From: Thalassospira sp.
Lineage (GTDB): Bacteria; Pseudomonadota; Alphaproteobacteria; Rhodospirillales; Thalassospiraceae
Direction of reading: 5' to 3'
Assembly: GCF_040218635.1 (NCBI RefSeq)
Contig: NZ_JAVJRB010000004.1
Span: 67,716 to 91,715, forward strand
DNA: 24,000 nt
Shown here: one piece after another, positions 1-7,554 of the stretch
Position numbering within the stretch: the stretch's first letter is position 1
Layout of the letters: every line of letters begins with the position of its first letter
The notes under the pieces: model-generated
The model's input: the letters and a program-made list of their open reading frames with translations, nothing else
Told to the model about the DNA's origin: nothing
Databases searched by the model: none
Translations under genes and position numbers: made by a program

Positions 1-7
1 CCAGAGA

Positions 8-562
8 ATGAGAAGCTTCATGCGTGATTTTCCCCTTAACAACGTATCGCCGTTTCCCGCCAAGCGTGATGCCAATGGTCATGCCGCGGTGCATATCGCG
101 CCAATCGGGGCGGGGTTTGTTTTTCATGTGTTGGGCAATGCGCAGGCAGGTGAGGCCAGCCTTAAAAAGCTTATCCATGATATTGCGCCGGATGTGGGCG
201 GGGATCTTCGCAGTTCGTCGCCCGGTCAGTGGTTCTGGATCGGGGCGTGTGAGGTATCACAGGACCGGCAGGGCGAAATTTTGGCAAAATTGCCGGGTGA
301 CTTTGCCATATCCGATCAGACCCATGGGCGTGTCCGGCTTTCGGTTTCCGGGGGCAAAGTCCGCGATGTGTTGGCAAAGGGGACGATGATTGATCTTGGA
401 CCGGATGTTTTTGCGGTGGGGACATCGGCCATGACCCAGATCGGGCATATCGGGGCAATGATCACGCGCACCGATGAGGATTGTTTTGAAATTATGGTGC
501 TGCGCAGCTTTGCGGTTAGTCTGTGGGATGAGCTTCATCATATGGCGGCAGAGTTCGAATAA
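8..562 (+). CDS. soxG: Sarcosine oxidase gamma subunit-like protein
   Basis: 184-aa ORF resembling the SoxG/GcvT-like C-terminal family (PFPAKRDANGHAAVHIAPIG..., C-terminal FEIMVLRSFAVSLWDELHHMAAEFE). The ATG at 8 overlaps a TGA at 9-11 in another frame, consistent with an upstream gene (soxA-like) ending at the window edge. The true start could be the ATG at 20. Confidence 0.75.
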   Translation: MRSFMRDFPLNNVSPFPAKRDANGHAAVHIAPIGAGFVFHVLGNAQAGEASLKKLIHDIAPDVGGDLRSSSPGQWFWIGACEVSQDRQGEILAKLPGDFAISDQTHGRVRLSVSGGKVRDVLAKGTMIDLGPDVFAVGTSAMTQIGHIGAMITRTDEDCFEIMVLRSFAVSLWDELHHMAAEFE

Positions 563-683
563 CGGTGGTGGTCTGAAACCTTGGGCGATGTAACAGCGGG
601 TTTTTTGATCTCCAAGCCTTGTCATGTCACAATCTTGCGATACCTGATTGGACATAAAGATCAAAACAAGGAGGACGCTTACG

Positions 684-1376
684 ATGACCAAGCTGAATGT
701 GACCACCCCGGATGGTGCCTTTGACTGTTATGTCGCCATGCCGGATATGCTGCCGGCACCGATTGTCGTGGTTATTCAGGAAATCTTTGGCGTCAATGAA
801 GTGATGCGCGGCATTGCCGATGACTATGCCAAGCAGGGCTATGTCGCGGTCTGTCCTGATCTGTTCTGGCGGATTGAGCCGGGCATTGACATTACCGATA
901 AGTCCGAAGCCGAATGGAAACAGGCATTTGGCTATTATCAGGCGTTTAATGTCGATAAGGGCGTTGAAGATATCGCCGCCACCATGAAGGCCGCGCGCAG
1001 TATTGAGGGATCGAACGGCAAGGTTGGTGTTGTTGGCTTCTGTCTTGGTGGATTGCTGACGTTTCTGTCGGCAACGCGGACCGATGGCGATGCCTTTGCT
1101 GCCTATTACGGCGGGGGGATGAATAATTATATGAATGAGGCCGATAACATCAAAAACCCGCTGATTGTTCATCTGGCCGGCAAGGATGAATATATCCCGG
1201 CGGATGCGCAGGCCGTGATCAAGGATGCGCTGGGCGATCATCCCTTGACCGAACTTCATATCTATCCCGACCGCGACCATGCCTTTGCCCGGAAAGGCGG
1301 GGCGCATTACGACGAAGGTGATGCACAAACCGCGAATGCGCGCACGGCGGAGTTTTTTGACGCCAATCTGGTGTGA
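684..1376 (+). CDS. Dienelactone hydrolase family protein
   Basis: MTKLNVTTPDGAFDCYVAMPD... with nucleophile-elbow motif GVVGFCLGG and a C-terminal YPDRDHAFARKGG histidine region. AAGGAGGA lies just upstream of the ATG at 684, which makes it preferable to the ORF start at 648. Confidence 0.88.
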   Translation: MTKLNVTTPDGAFDCYVAMPDMLPAPIVVVIQEIFGVNEVMRGIADDYAKQGYVAVCPDLFWRIEPGIDITDKSEAEWKQAFGYYQAFNVDKGVEDIAATMKAARSIEGSNGKVGVVGFCLGGLLTFLSATRTDGDAFAAYYGGGMNNYMNEADNIKNPLIVHLAGKDEYIPADAQAVIKDALGDHPLTELHIYPDRDHAFARKGGAHYDEGDAQTANARTAEFFDANLV

Positions 1377-1397
1377 TCAGACGCAGGGCGAAATGAC

Positions 1398-1427
1398 AAG
1401 GGGCTGCGAATTTCGCAGCCCCTTTTT
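1398..1427 (+). terminator. Rho-independent terminator
   Basis: AAGGGGCTGCGAA/TTCGCAGCCCCTT near-perfect hairpin followed by T residues, downstream of the dienelactone hydrolase. It sits between convergent genes. Confidence 0.85.
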
Positions 1428-1448
1428 CATGGTCATATGTCTGGGGAA

Positions 1449-2627
1449 TTACTTCGTTAATACGCCAAGCAATTTATCAAGGAACAGTTCGCAGCGGCCA
1501 AGCTGATCCATCTCGATGAATTCATCGGGCTTGTGGGCCTGTTCGATATTGCCCGGACCGCAGACAACCGTTGGAATATCGCCAAGAGCGGAAAAGACGC
1601 CGGCTTCTGTGCCGAAGCTGACCTTGCCGGTGGTGTTGGCCCCGGTCAGGGCCATGACCAGTTTGGTTACTTCTTCGTCATCGCCAGTCGCAAGGCCGGG
1701 CATGTCAGAGATAACTTCGATTTCGACCCCGACATCGTCATAGGTTTCGCGCATTTCCGGGATCAGGGTATCATCGAGATAGGCGAAAATGGATGCCTTG
1801 AGGGCATTGCGATCATCATTGGGCAGATTGCGGAATTCGAAATCGACAAAGCAGTTCTGCGGAATGATATTAAGCTGCGTGCCGCCCTTGATCACGCCGG
1901 TATGGAATGTGGTGTGATTGGGCACAAAATCATTGTCATGCGGGCCATGATCGCGGCACTGGCGACCAAGCTTGCGCAGGAACACAACAAATTCCGATGC
2001 AAATTCAACAGCGTTAACACCTTCGCCCGGAAGGGATGAATGCCCGGAACGGCCGGTGAAATGCGCGCGGGCGGAATATTTGCCTTTGTGCTGGGTAATC
2101 ACCTTCATCTCGGTCGGTTCACCGACAATGCACATGGCGGGTTTGTTCGGCAGATTATTGATCGCCTCAACCAGACTTGGCACACCAAGGCAGCCGACTT
2201 CTTCGTCATAGGTAAAGGCCAGATGGATCGGCACGCGCAGATCAGCGTTTTTAAAGGCTTCGGCCTTGGCCAGAAGGCAGGCCAGAAACCCCTTCATGTC
2301 GCACGATCCGCGGCCATAGAGTTTGTCATCGCGGATATCAACGGTATAGGGATCAGACGCCCAGTTCTGGCCTTCGGTCGGGACCACGTCGCTGTGACCG
2401 GACAAGATCACGCCGCCATCAACCGCCGGACCGATCGAGGCATAAAGATTGGCCTTGGTGTTGCTTTCATCGCGCACAACAAGGGTCTGATAGCCAAGCC
2501 CTTCCAGGAATGCTTTGACCTCGTCGATCAGATCCATGTTTGGCGTCATGCTCACAGACGGGTGGGCAATGAGTTTCGTGCACCAGTCAATGGTGGATTG
2601 CGACGGTGAAAGTGCGGCGGTGGTCAT
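1449..2627 (-). CDS. argE: Acetylornithine deacetylase (M20 peptidase family)
   Basis: 392-aa ORF with M20 motifs ([47 protein letters not shown]) and an ArgE-like layout. Confidence 0.85.
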   Translation of the reverse strand: MTTAALSPSQSTIDWCTKLIAHPSVSMTPNMDLIDEVKAFLEGLGYQTLVVRDESNTKANLYASIGPAVDGGVILSGHSDVVPTEGQNWASDPYTVDIRDDKLYGRGSCDMKGFLACLLAKAEAFKNADLRVPIHLAFTYDEEVGCLGVPSLVEAINNLPNKPAMCIVGEPTEMKVITQHKGKYSARAHFTGRSGHSSLPGEGVNAVEFASEFVVFLRKLGRQCRDHGPHDNDFVPNHTTFHTGVIKGGTQLNIIPQNCFVDFEFRNLPNDDRNALKASIFAYLDDTLIPEMRETYDDVGVEIEVISDMPGLATGDDEEVTKLVMALTGANTTGKVSFGTEAGVFSALGDIPTVVCGPGNIEQAHKPDEFIEMDQLGRCELFLDKLLGVLTK

Positions 2628-3391
2628 TCGACGAATTGTTCCTTCAAGATGCGTTCTTCAAGATTATGTTCCGGATCAAACAGCAGTTTGATCTTCATGG
2701 TGCGATCTTCGCGGATCGTCACATGGGAAACATCGCGCACTTCGGTATAGTCGGCCACAGCCGATACCGGGCGCTTTTCCGGGTTTTCGATATGGAAAAC
2801 GACTTCGGCCCCGTGCGGCAACAGCGCCCCACGCCAACGACGCGGGCGAAACGGACTGATCGGGGTTAAGGCCAAAAGCCCGCTTCCCATCGGAAGGATC
2901 GGCCCATGTGCCGAAAGATTATAGGCGGTACTTCCCGCAGGTGTGCAGACCAGAGCACCATCACAGACCAGTTCGGCCAGACGTTCAACACCATCCACCT
3001 TGATGCGCAATTTGGCGGCTTGTCGGGTTTCGCGCAACAGCGACACTTCATTGATTGCCAGCGCACACAGGCTTTCGCCAGATACGGTGTGGGCTTCCAT
3101 CTGAAGCGGGTTGAGTTCAACGGTCTGGGCTTCGGCGATGCGATCAAGCAGATCAATTTCGCGAAATTCATTCATCAGGAACCCGACCGTTCCCCGGTTC
3201 ATGCCATAAATCGGCACCTTGCGGCCCATGTAACGGTGCAGGGTTTCAAGCATGAAACCATCGCCGCCAAGGGCAACAATCACCTCAGCCTTATCCGGGG
3301 CTGTGTGACCGTATCGGTGTTTCAGCCGATACATTGCATCCTGTGCGATCTTGGTGTCGGCTGCGACGAAGGCGATGGAATCAGTCTGCAT
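2624..3391 (-). CDS. nadK: NAD kinase
   Basis: 255-aa ORF with [33 protein letters not shown] and [17 protein letters not shown] motifs. It overlaps the start of argE by 4 nt (ATGA). Confidence 0.9.
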   Translation of the reverse strand: MQTDSIAFVAADTKIAQDAMYRLKHRYGHTAPDKAEVIVALGGDGFMLETLHRYMGRKVPIYGMNRGTVGFLMNEFREIDLLDRIAEAQTVELNPLQMEAHTVSGESLCALAINEVSLLRETRQAAKLRIKVDGVERLAELVCDGALVCTPAGSTAYNLSAHGPILPMGSGLLALTPISPFRPRRWRGALLPHGAEVVFHIENPEKRPVSAVADYTEVRDVSHVTIREDRTMKIKLLFDPEHNLEERILKEQFVE

Positions 3392-3543
3392 CTGCTATCC
3401 GAAGGGTAATTGGGGCTGTCCCATAGGGACATTCGCCAACAATAGAGTACGCTTTGCGTTGAATTGCAAGGGTCTGCGTCATGTTCGTGATCACAGAAAG
3501 GGTTTGAGAACCGGGTTGCCTTGTTGACCTTGTTGCCAAAAGA

Positions 3544-4332
3544 GTGGAACCTGACATTCCAGATCATTTTCCAGTTCCGATTGGCGCAATGTCCAAAGAA
3601 CCTTTTAGCATCTCTGCCGCCCTTTCACGGATTTCACGTTCCGATGACCTTGATGGTGATCAGGTTCTTGAAGTGGGCGAAGGCATGGAAGTTGAAAGCA
3701 CATCCAACGGCGCACTGGTGCCCAAACGGGTGCGTGATCCCGATGCCACACGCCAACGGATCCTTGATGCCGCCTTTGGCGAAATTCGCCGGGCCGGGTT
3801 TGGCGGGGCGTCGATCAATAATATCCTTGATCATAGCGGTGTGACCAAGGGCGCGCTGTATCATCACTTTGCCGGTAAGGCCAAGCTGGTCAATGCCGTG
3901 ATCGAGGATTGCCTGCCGGGCTATGTCGATGAAGTTTGGCTTGATGAACTTGAAGGTGTCGATGATATCCTGCCGGTCATGATGGGGCAGGTCGACCGGC
4001 TTGGCAGCGATGACGCGCCGACCTTGCTTGAAGGCGGCTGTCCGTTGGCACGGTTGGCATCGGGGGCGGGGGAGCTTGATGAGAACCTTCGCAAACGCAT
4101 CGATGGTGTCTATCGCTATTGGCGGCGCAGTCTGGCATCGCACATTGGCAAGGCGCAGTTTAACAAGACGGTGCGCACTGATGTTGAACCTTCTGCCGTG
4201 GCAGAATTCCTGATTGCAGCCTTGCACGGGTTCCTGACCCGTCCACCGGCCTTGCGCAATCTGGAAACCCAGGATGCGTTTGCCCGTGAATTTGCCCGCT
4301 ATCTGAACGGACTTCGCCCGGGCGGCGGGTGA
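3544..4332 (+). CDS. TetR family transcriptional regulator
   Basis: HTH region TRQRILDAAFGEIRRAGFGGASINNILDHSGVTKGALYHHFAGKAKLVNAVI is typical of TetR N-termini. The start is ambiguous: internal ATGs at 3589 or 3685 are more plausible than 3544. Confidence 0.85.
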   Translation: MEPDIPDHFPVPIGAMSKEPFSISAALSRISRSDDLDGDQVLEVGEGMEVESTSNGALVPKRVRDPDATRQRILDAAFGEIRRAGFGGASINNILDHSGVTKGALYHHFAGKAKLVNAVIEDCLPGYVDEVWLDELEGVDDILPVMMGQVDRLGSDDAPTLLEGGCPLARLASGAGELDENLRKRIDGVYRYWRRSLASHIGKAQFNKTVRTDVEPSAVAEFLIAALHGFLTRPPALRNLETQDAFAREFARYLNGLRPGGG

Positions 4333-4411
4333 CCTTATTGCCCAAGGGCATAGGGGGTAAATTCTTTGCTTTGCCACATTAAACAAAATATTAGTGTGTT
4401 AATGAAGTTAT

Positions 4412-4439
4412 TGACATTTTTCTGTGCGTGATTACATCT
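4412..4439 (+). promoter_or_regulatory. Possible sigma70-like promoter upstream of the rhodanese gene
   Basis: TTGACA at 4412-4417, 16-nt spacer, weak -10-like TACATC at 4434-4439, in an AT-rich gap before the ATG at 4484. Confidence 0.4.
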
Positions 4440-4483
4440 ATCCCACAGTTTCATGATACTTTTGCAATATGGAGACAGGCCCC

Positions 4484-5407
4484 ATGCGTTCTCTTATCCT
4501 TTCTGCTGTTGCCGCAGCAGCGTTTGTTTTTGCCGGTACGGCTGCGCAGGCGGAACGTCTGACCGACAAGCCGCTGGTGGATGCCAACTGGGTAGAAGCC
4601 AATCTTGGCAATCCGTCACTGGTTGTTGTCGATATCCGTTCGATGACCAAAGAAGGAAGCCCCTATGATGCCGGTCACATTGCCGGTTCGGTTTATGCGC
4701 CATATGGCACATTCGGCTGGCGGGCAAAGGTCGACAATGTTGTCGGCATGCTGCCGCCGGTTGATGTGATTTCCAAACGCATCGGATCGCTTGGCATTGA
4801 TAATGACAAACAGGTCGTTGTTGTGCCCGCAGGTCAGAACAGTTCGGACTTTGGGGCGGCAACCCGCGTTTATTGGACCTTCAAGGTTCTGGGCCACGAT
4901 GCGGTAACCATCCTTGATGGGGGTCAGCGCGCATGGCTTGCCGCAGGCAAAGACGTTTCAAAAGACTCGGTCGCGCCAGATGCAGTTGCCTTTAACGCCA
5001 GTTTCCGCCCGGAACTTCTGGCGTCTGCCGATGATGTCGCCAAGGCGCAAGCCAATGGTGTCGCGCTGATTGATGCCCGTCCGGTATCGCAGTTCAAAGG
5101 CGAAACCAAAAGCGGTGTTGTTGCCCGTGCGGGTGCCGTTCCGGGGGCAAAAAACATCGCCCAGTCCGAGTTTTATAACGATCAGAACGGTGCCTTTGTT
5201 GCATCGGATGTGATTGCAGGTCTGGTTGCGGATGCCGGTGTTGCCAAAGACGCCAAAGAAATCACCTATTGCAATACCGGTCACTGGGCATCGGTTGCAT
5301 GGTTTGGTTTGTCCGAAGTCATGGGCAACAAGAACACTGCAATGTATGATGGCTCCTTGACCGAATGGGCTGCTGATCCAAGCCGCGAAATGGTTATTCC
5401 GGAATAA
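4484..5407 (+). CDS. Exported two-domain rhodanese / sulfurtransferase
   Basis: Signal peptide MRSLILSAVAAAAFVFAGTAAQA. Two rhodanese-like domains (VVVDIRS..YDAGHIAGSVYAP; LIDARPVSQF...GAVPGAKNI) with an active-site-like loop CNTGHWAS in the second. The only Cys in the protein is in that loop. Confidence 0.88.
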   Translation: MRSLILSAVAAAAFVFAGTAAQAERLTDKPLVDANWVEANLGNPSLVVVDIRSMTKEGSPYDAGHIAGSVYAPYGTFGWRAKVDNVVGMLPPVDVISKRIGSLGIDNDKQVVVVPAGQNSSDFGAATRVYWTFKVLGHDAVTILDGGQRAWLAAGKDVSKDSVAPDAVAFNASFRPELLASADDVAKAQANGVALIDARPVSQFKGETKSGVVARAGAVPGAKNIAQSEFYNDQNGAFVASDVIAGLVADAGVAKDAKEITYCNTGHWASVAWFGLSEVMGNKNTAMYDGSLTEWAADPSREMVIPE

Positions 5408-5445
5408 TCCGGCATTTCCTTCGGCTTTATGGCAGGTTAAATTTC

Positions 5446-5474
5446 AACGGAATCGGGTTTTGCCCGGTTCCGTT
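5446..5474. repeat. Intergenic hairpin between the rhodanese and YeeE genes
   Basis: AACGGAATCGGG - TTTTG - CCCGGTTCCGTT: a 12-bp stem with one T-G pair and a 5-nt loop. There is no T tract after it. Confidence 0.65.
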
Positions 5475-5520
5475 CGTGCTTCATGATTGATGAATTTATT
5501 CAAGGTTACTGAGCGTCACC

Positions 5521-6732
5521 ATGTCAGAAACGACCTTAAAAGCGCGCCCGCAGATATCGGGCTTTGAATTTGACAAGGGTCCGGCTGCGATTACGGCTGT
5601 GCTGTTTGTCATTGTCGGGATTGCAATTGCGCAGGCCGTCGATCTGCATCAGGCCGTTCTTTATGGTCTTGGCGGCATACTCGGCATTGCGCTGTATCAC
5701 GCATCATTCGGTTTTACCGGCGGTTGGCGCCGTTTCTCGGTCGAGAAGCGCGGACGCGCGATGCGGGCCCAGCTTTTAATGATCGGTGTTGCTGCCGCGG
5801 CCTTTATCCCGATGCTGGCCCTTGGAAGCCCGCTTGGCAATCCGATTGTCGGGGCGGTGGCACCGGTCGGGACATCGGTTCTGATCGGGGCGTTTTTGTT
5901 CGGGCTTGGCATGCAGCTTGGCGGTGGATGCGGGTCGGGAACCCTGTTCACGGTTGGCGGTGGCAGTGCCCGCATGTTGTTAACCCTTGTCTTCTTTATT
6001 ATTGGTGCGGTGATCGGGACGGCGCATTTGCCGATGTGGCTTGAGCTTCCGGCACTCCCGCCAATGAGCCTTGGCCGTGAATTTGGCATGACCGGTGGTC
6101 TTGTCGTTACCTTTGGCGGCTTGGCCCTGATCGCGCTTATTACGGTGCTGATTGAAAAGCGCGCGCATGGCACCCTTGAAGTCACCCCGACCGCACCACG
6201 CGCCGGGATTGCGCGGTTGTTTCATGGCCCCTGGCCGTTGGTCTGGACCGGGCTTTTGTTGGCCGGGCTGAATGTTGCGACGCTTTTGATTGCCGGTCAC
6301 CCATGGTCGATCACGTTCGGGTTTGGCCTTTGGGGGGCGAAAATCGCGCAAGTGATCGGTATTTCCGTTGAAACATGGGAATTCTGGAACTGGCCCGGAC
6401 CGGCACAGGCGCTGGTAAATTCGGTTCTGGAAGATAATACGTCGGTGATGAATTTCGGCATTGTGATTGGCGCTGCGTTTGCGGCTGCCCTTGCCGGGAA
6501 ATTTGCGCCGAAGGTTTCTGTGCCGGTTGCGTCACTGGTTGCGGCAGCAATTGGTGGATTGCTGATGGGCTATGGCGCGCGTTTGGCGTTTGGCTGCAAT
6601 ATCGGGGCGTTCTTTAGCGGGATTGCATCGGGCAGTGTTCATGGCTGGTTGTGGTTTGTTCTGGCCTTTGCGGGCAGTTGGCTTGGCATTGCACTGCGTC
6701 CTGTCTTTGGAATGGATGGTTTCCGGAAATGA
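5521..6732 (+). CDS. YeeE/YedE family membrane protein (TsuA-like putative thiosulfate/sulfur-compound transporter)
   Basis: Polytopic hydrophobic protein with duplicated glycine/cysteine signatures GMQLGGGCGSGTLFTVGGG and YGARLAFGCNIGAFFSGIASGS, characteristic of YeeE/YedE. These hold the only two cysteines. Confidence 0.9.
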   Translation: MSETTLKARPQISGFEFDKGPAAITAVLFVIVGIAIAQAVDLHQAVLYGLGGILGIALYHASFGFTGGWRRFSVEKRGRAMRAQLLMIGVAAAAFIPMLALGSPLGNPIVGAVAPVGTSVLIGAFLFGLGMQLGGGCGSGTLFTVGGGSARMLLTLVFFIIGAVIGTAHLPMWLELPALPPMSLGREFGMTGGLVVTFGGLALIALITVLIEKRAHGTLEVTPTAPRAGIARLFHGPWPLVWTGLLLAGLNVATLLIAGHPWSITFGFGLWGAKIAQVIGISVETWEFWNWPGPAQALVNSVLEDNTSVMNFGIVIGAAFAAALAGKFAPKVSVPVASLVAAAIGGLLMGYGARLAFGCNIGAFFSGIASGSVHGWLWFVLAFAGSWLGIALRPVFGMDGFRK

Positions 6733-7418
6733 GCGAGAAAAACACACTTCTGTTTGGTGCGGTCTTCCTTGCTGCGAGCGGGGCGGTTGCCCTGGACCAT
6801 TATAGCCACACAGCAAATATTCCGGCGGTTGCCAATCCGGCACCTGCTGCGTTTCCGGCGGCGGGCAGTAATCCGTGCGGCGCTAATCCATGCGCGGCAA
6901 ATCCCTGTGGTGCCAATCCTTGCGGCGCGAACCCTTGTGGCGCGAACCCGTGCGGGGCTGGATATAACCCGTGTGCCGCGTCGCCTTGTGGTGCAAATCC
7001 GTGTGCAGCATATAATCCGTGCGGTGCGGCCAATCCCTGTGCTGCGGCGAATCCTTGTGCGGCATCGCCGTGTTCAGCCGGGAATCCATGTGGGGCAGGG
7101 TATAACCCGTGCGCAGCGTCACCTTGTGGCGCAAATCCGTGTGCGGCGTATAATCCATGCGGTGCGGCCAATCCCTGTGCTGCGGCGAATCCTTGTGCGG
7201 CATCGCCCTGTTCGGCCGGGAATCCATGTGGTGCGGGATATAATCCGTGTGCCGCATCACCGTGCAGTGCCAATCCATGTGCGGCTTATAACCCGTGTGG
7301 GGCAGGCAATCCGTGTGCGCCATCTAACCCATGTGCGGCGGCGAACCCGTGTGCGGCGGCGAACCCGTGTGCGGCTGTGAACCCGTGCGGTGCCATGAAC
7401 CCCTGTTCTGCCAGTTGA
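6729..7418 (+). CDS. Exported cysteine-rich repeat protein (32 [NS]PC motifs), unknown function
   Basis: In-frame ATG at 6729 overlaps the yeeE stop (ATGA). It encodes MSEKNTLLFGAVFLAASGAVALDHYSHTANIPAVANPAPAAFPAAGSNPCGANPCAANPCGANPCG.... The N-terminus is hydrophobic and signal/anchor-like. The first 26 codons of the listed 6651 ORF lie inside yeeE and are probably not translated. Confidence 0.85.
   Translation: MSEKNTLLFGAVFLAASGAVALDHYSHTANIPAVANPAPAAFPAAGSNPCGANPCAANPCGANPCGANPCGANPCGAGYNPCAASPCGANPCAAYNPCGAANPCAAANPCAASPCSAGNPCGAGYNPCAASPCGANPCAAYNPCGAANPCAAANPCAASPCSAGNPCGAGYNPCAASPCSANPCAAYNPCGAGNPCAPSNPCAAANPCAAANPCAAVNPCGAMNPCSAS
6945..7310 (+). repeat. 138-bp (46-aa) higher-order tandem repeat inside the NPC-repeat gene
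   Basis: Unit NPCGAGYNPCAASPCGANPCAAYNPCGAANPCAAANPCAASPCSAG. Units start at 6945, 7083 and 7221 (exact 138-nt spacing); the third copy diverges and is partial. Confidence 0.93.
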
Positions 7419-7437
7419 AGTCTGTCTGGTCATGAGA

Positions 7438-7465
7438 TTGCGGGCGCAGAAATTTGCGTCCGCAA
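7438..7465. terminator. Hairpin downstream of the NPC-repeat gene, possible terminator
   Basis: TTGCGGGCGCA - GAAATT - TGCGTCCGCAA, an 11-bp stem with one G-T pair. There is no T tract on the + strand, so terminator function is uncertain. Confidence 0.45.
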
Positions 7466-7467
7466 TA

Positions 7468-7538
7468 AAAAGGGAACAAAACGTGATTCTTTGCTTGATC
7501 TAAATTCAGGCTTCCTTATTCTTGTTTTGTTCTCTTTT
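7468..7538. promoter_or_regulatory. Long inverted repeat bracketing the putative promoter of the R-M operon
   Basis: Left arm AAAAGGGAACAAAAC (7468-7482), right arm GTTTTGTTCTCTTTT (7524-7538). The arms are complementary at 14/15 positions and the remaining one is a G-T. Inside the 41-nt spacer are TTGATC (7495-7500) and TATTCT (7517-7522) with 16-nt spacing. Confidence 0.6.
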
Positions 7539-7554
7539 CGGTTTGGGGTGCAAG

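Noticed and set aside
627-1328. Long minus-strand ORF opposite the dienelactone hydrolase
   Set aside because: Antisense shadow of a clearly recognisable enzyme. Its own sequence has no recognisable motif.
3634-4386. 250-aa minus-strand ORF opposite the TetR gene
   Set aside because: The + strand encodes an unambiguous TetR HTH; the minus frame is a shadow ORF.
6945-7310. Possible CRISPR array
   Set aside because: The repeats are in-frame coding modules with no unique spacers between conserved short repeats, and there are no cas genes nearby.
6754-7380. 208-aa + strand ORF and the minus-strand ORFs (6800-7273, 6883-7323) overlapping the NPC-repeat gene
   Set aside because: They are shadow frames of the 138-bp repeat, kept open by the same low-complexity composition. 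Only the 6729 frame has a coupled start, a signal-like N-terminus, and repeat copies differing at its own wobble positions.
7522-7554. Upstream ATG start of the methyltransferase (MFCSLFGLGCK...)
   Set aside because: It overlaps the putative -10 and the right arm of the inverted repeat. The ATG at 7555 opens directly into the HTH-like domain.
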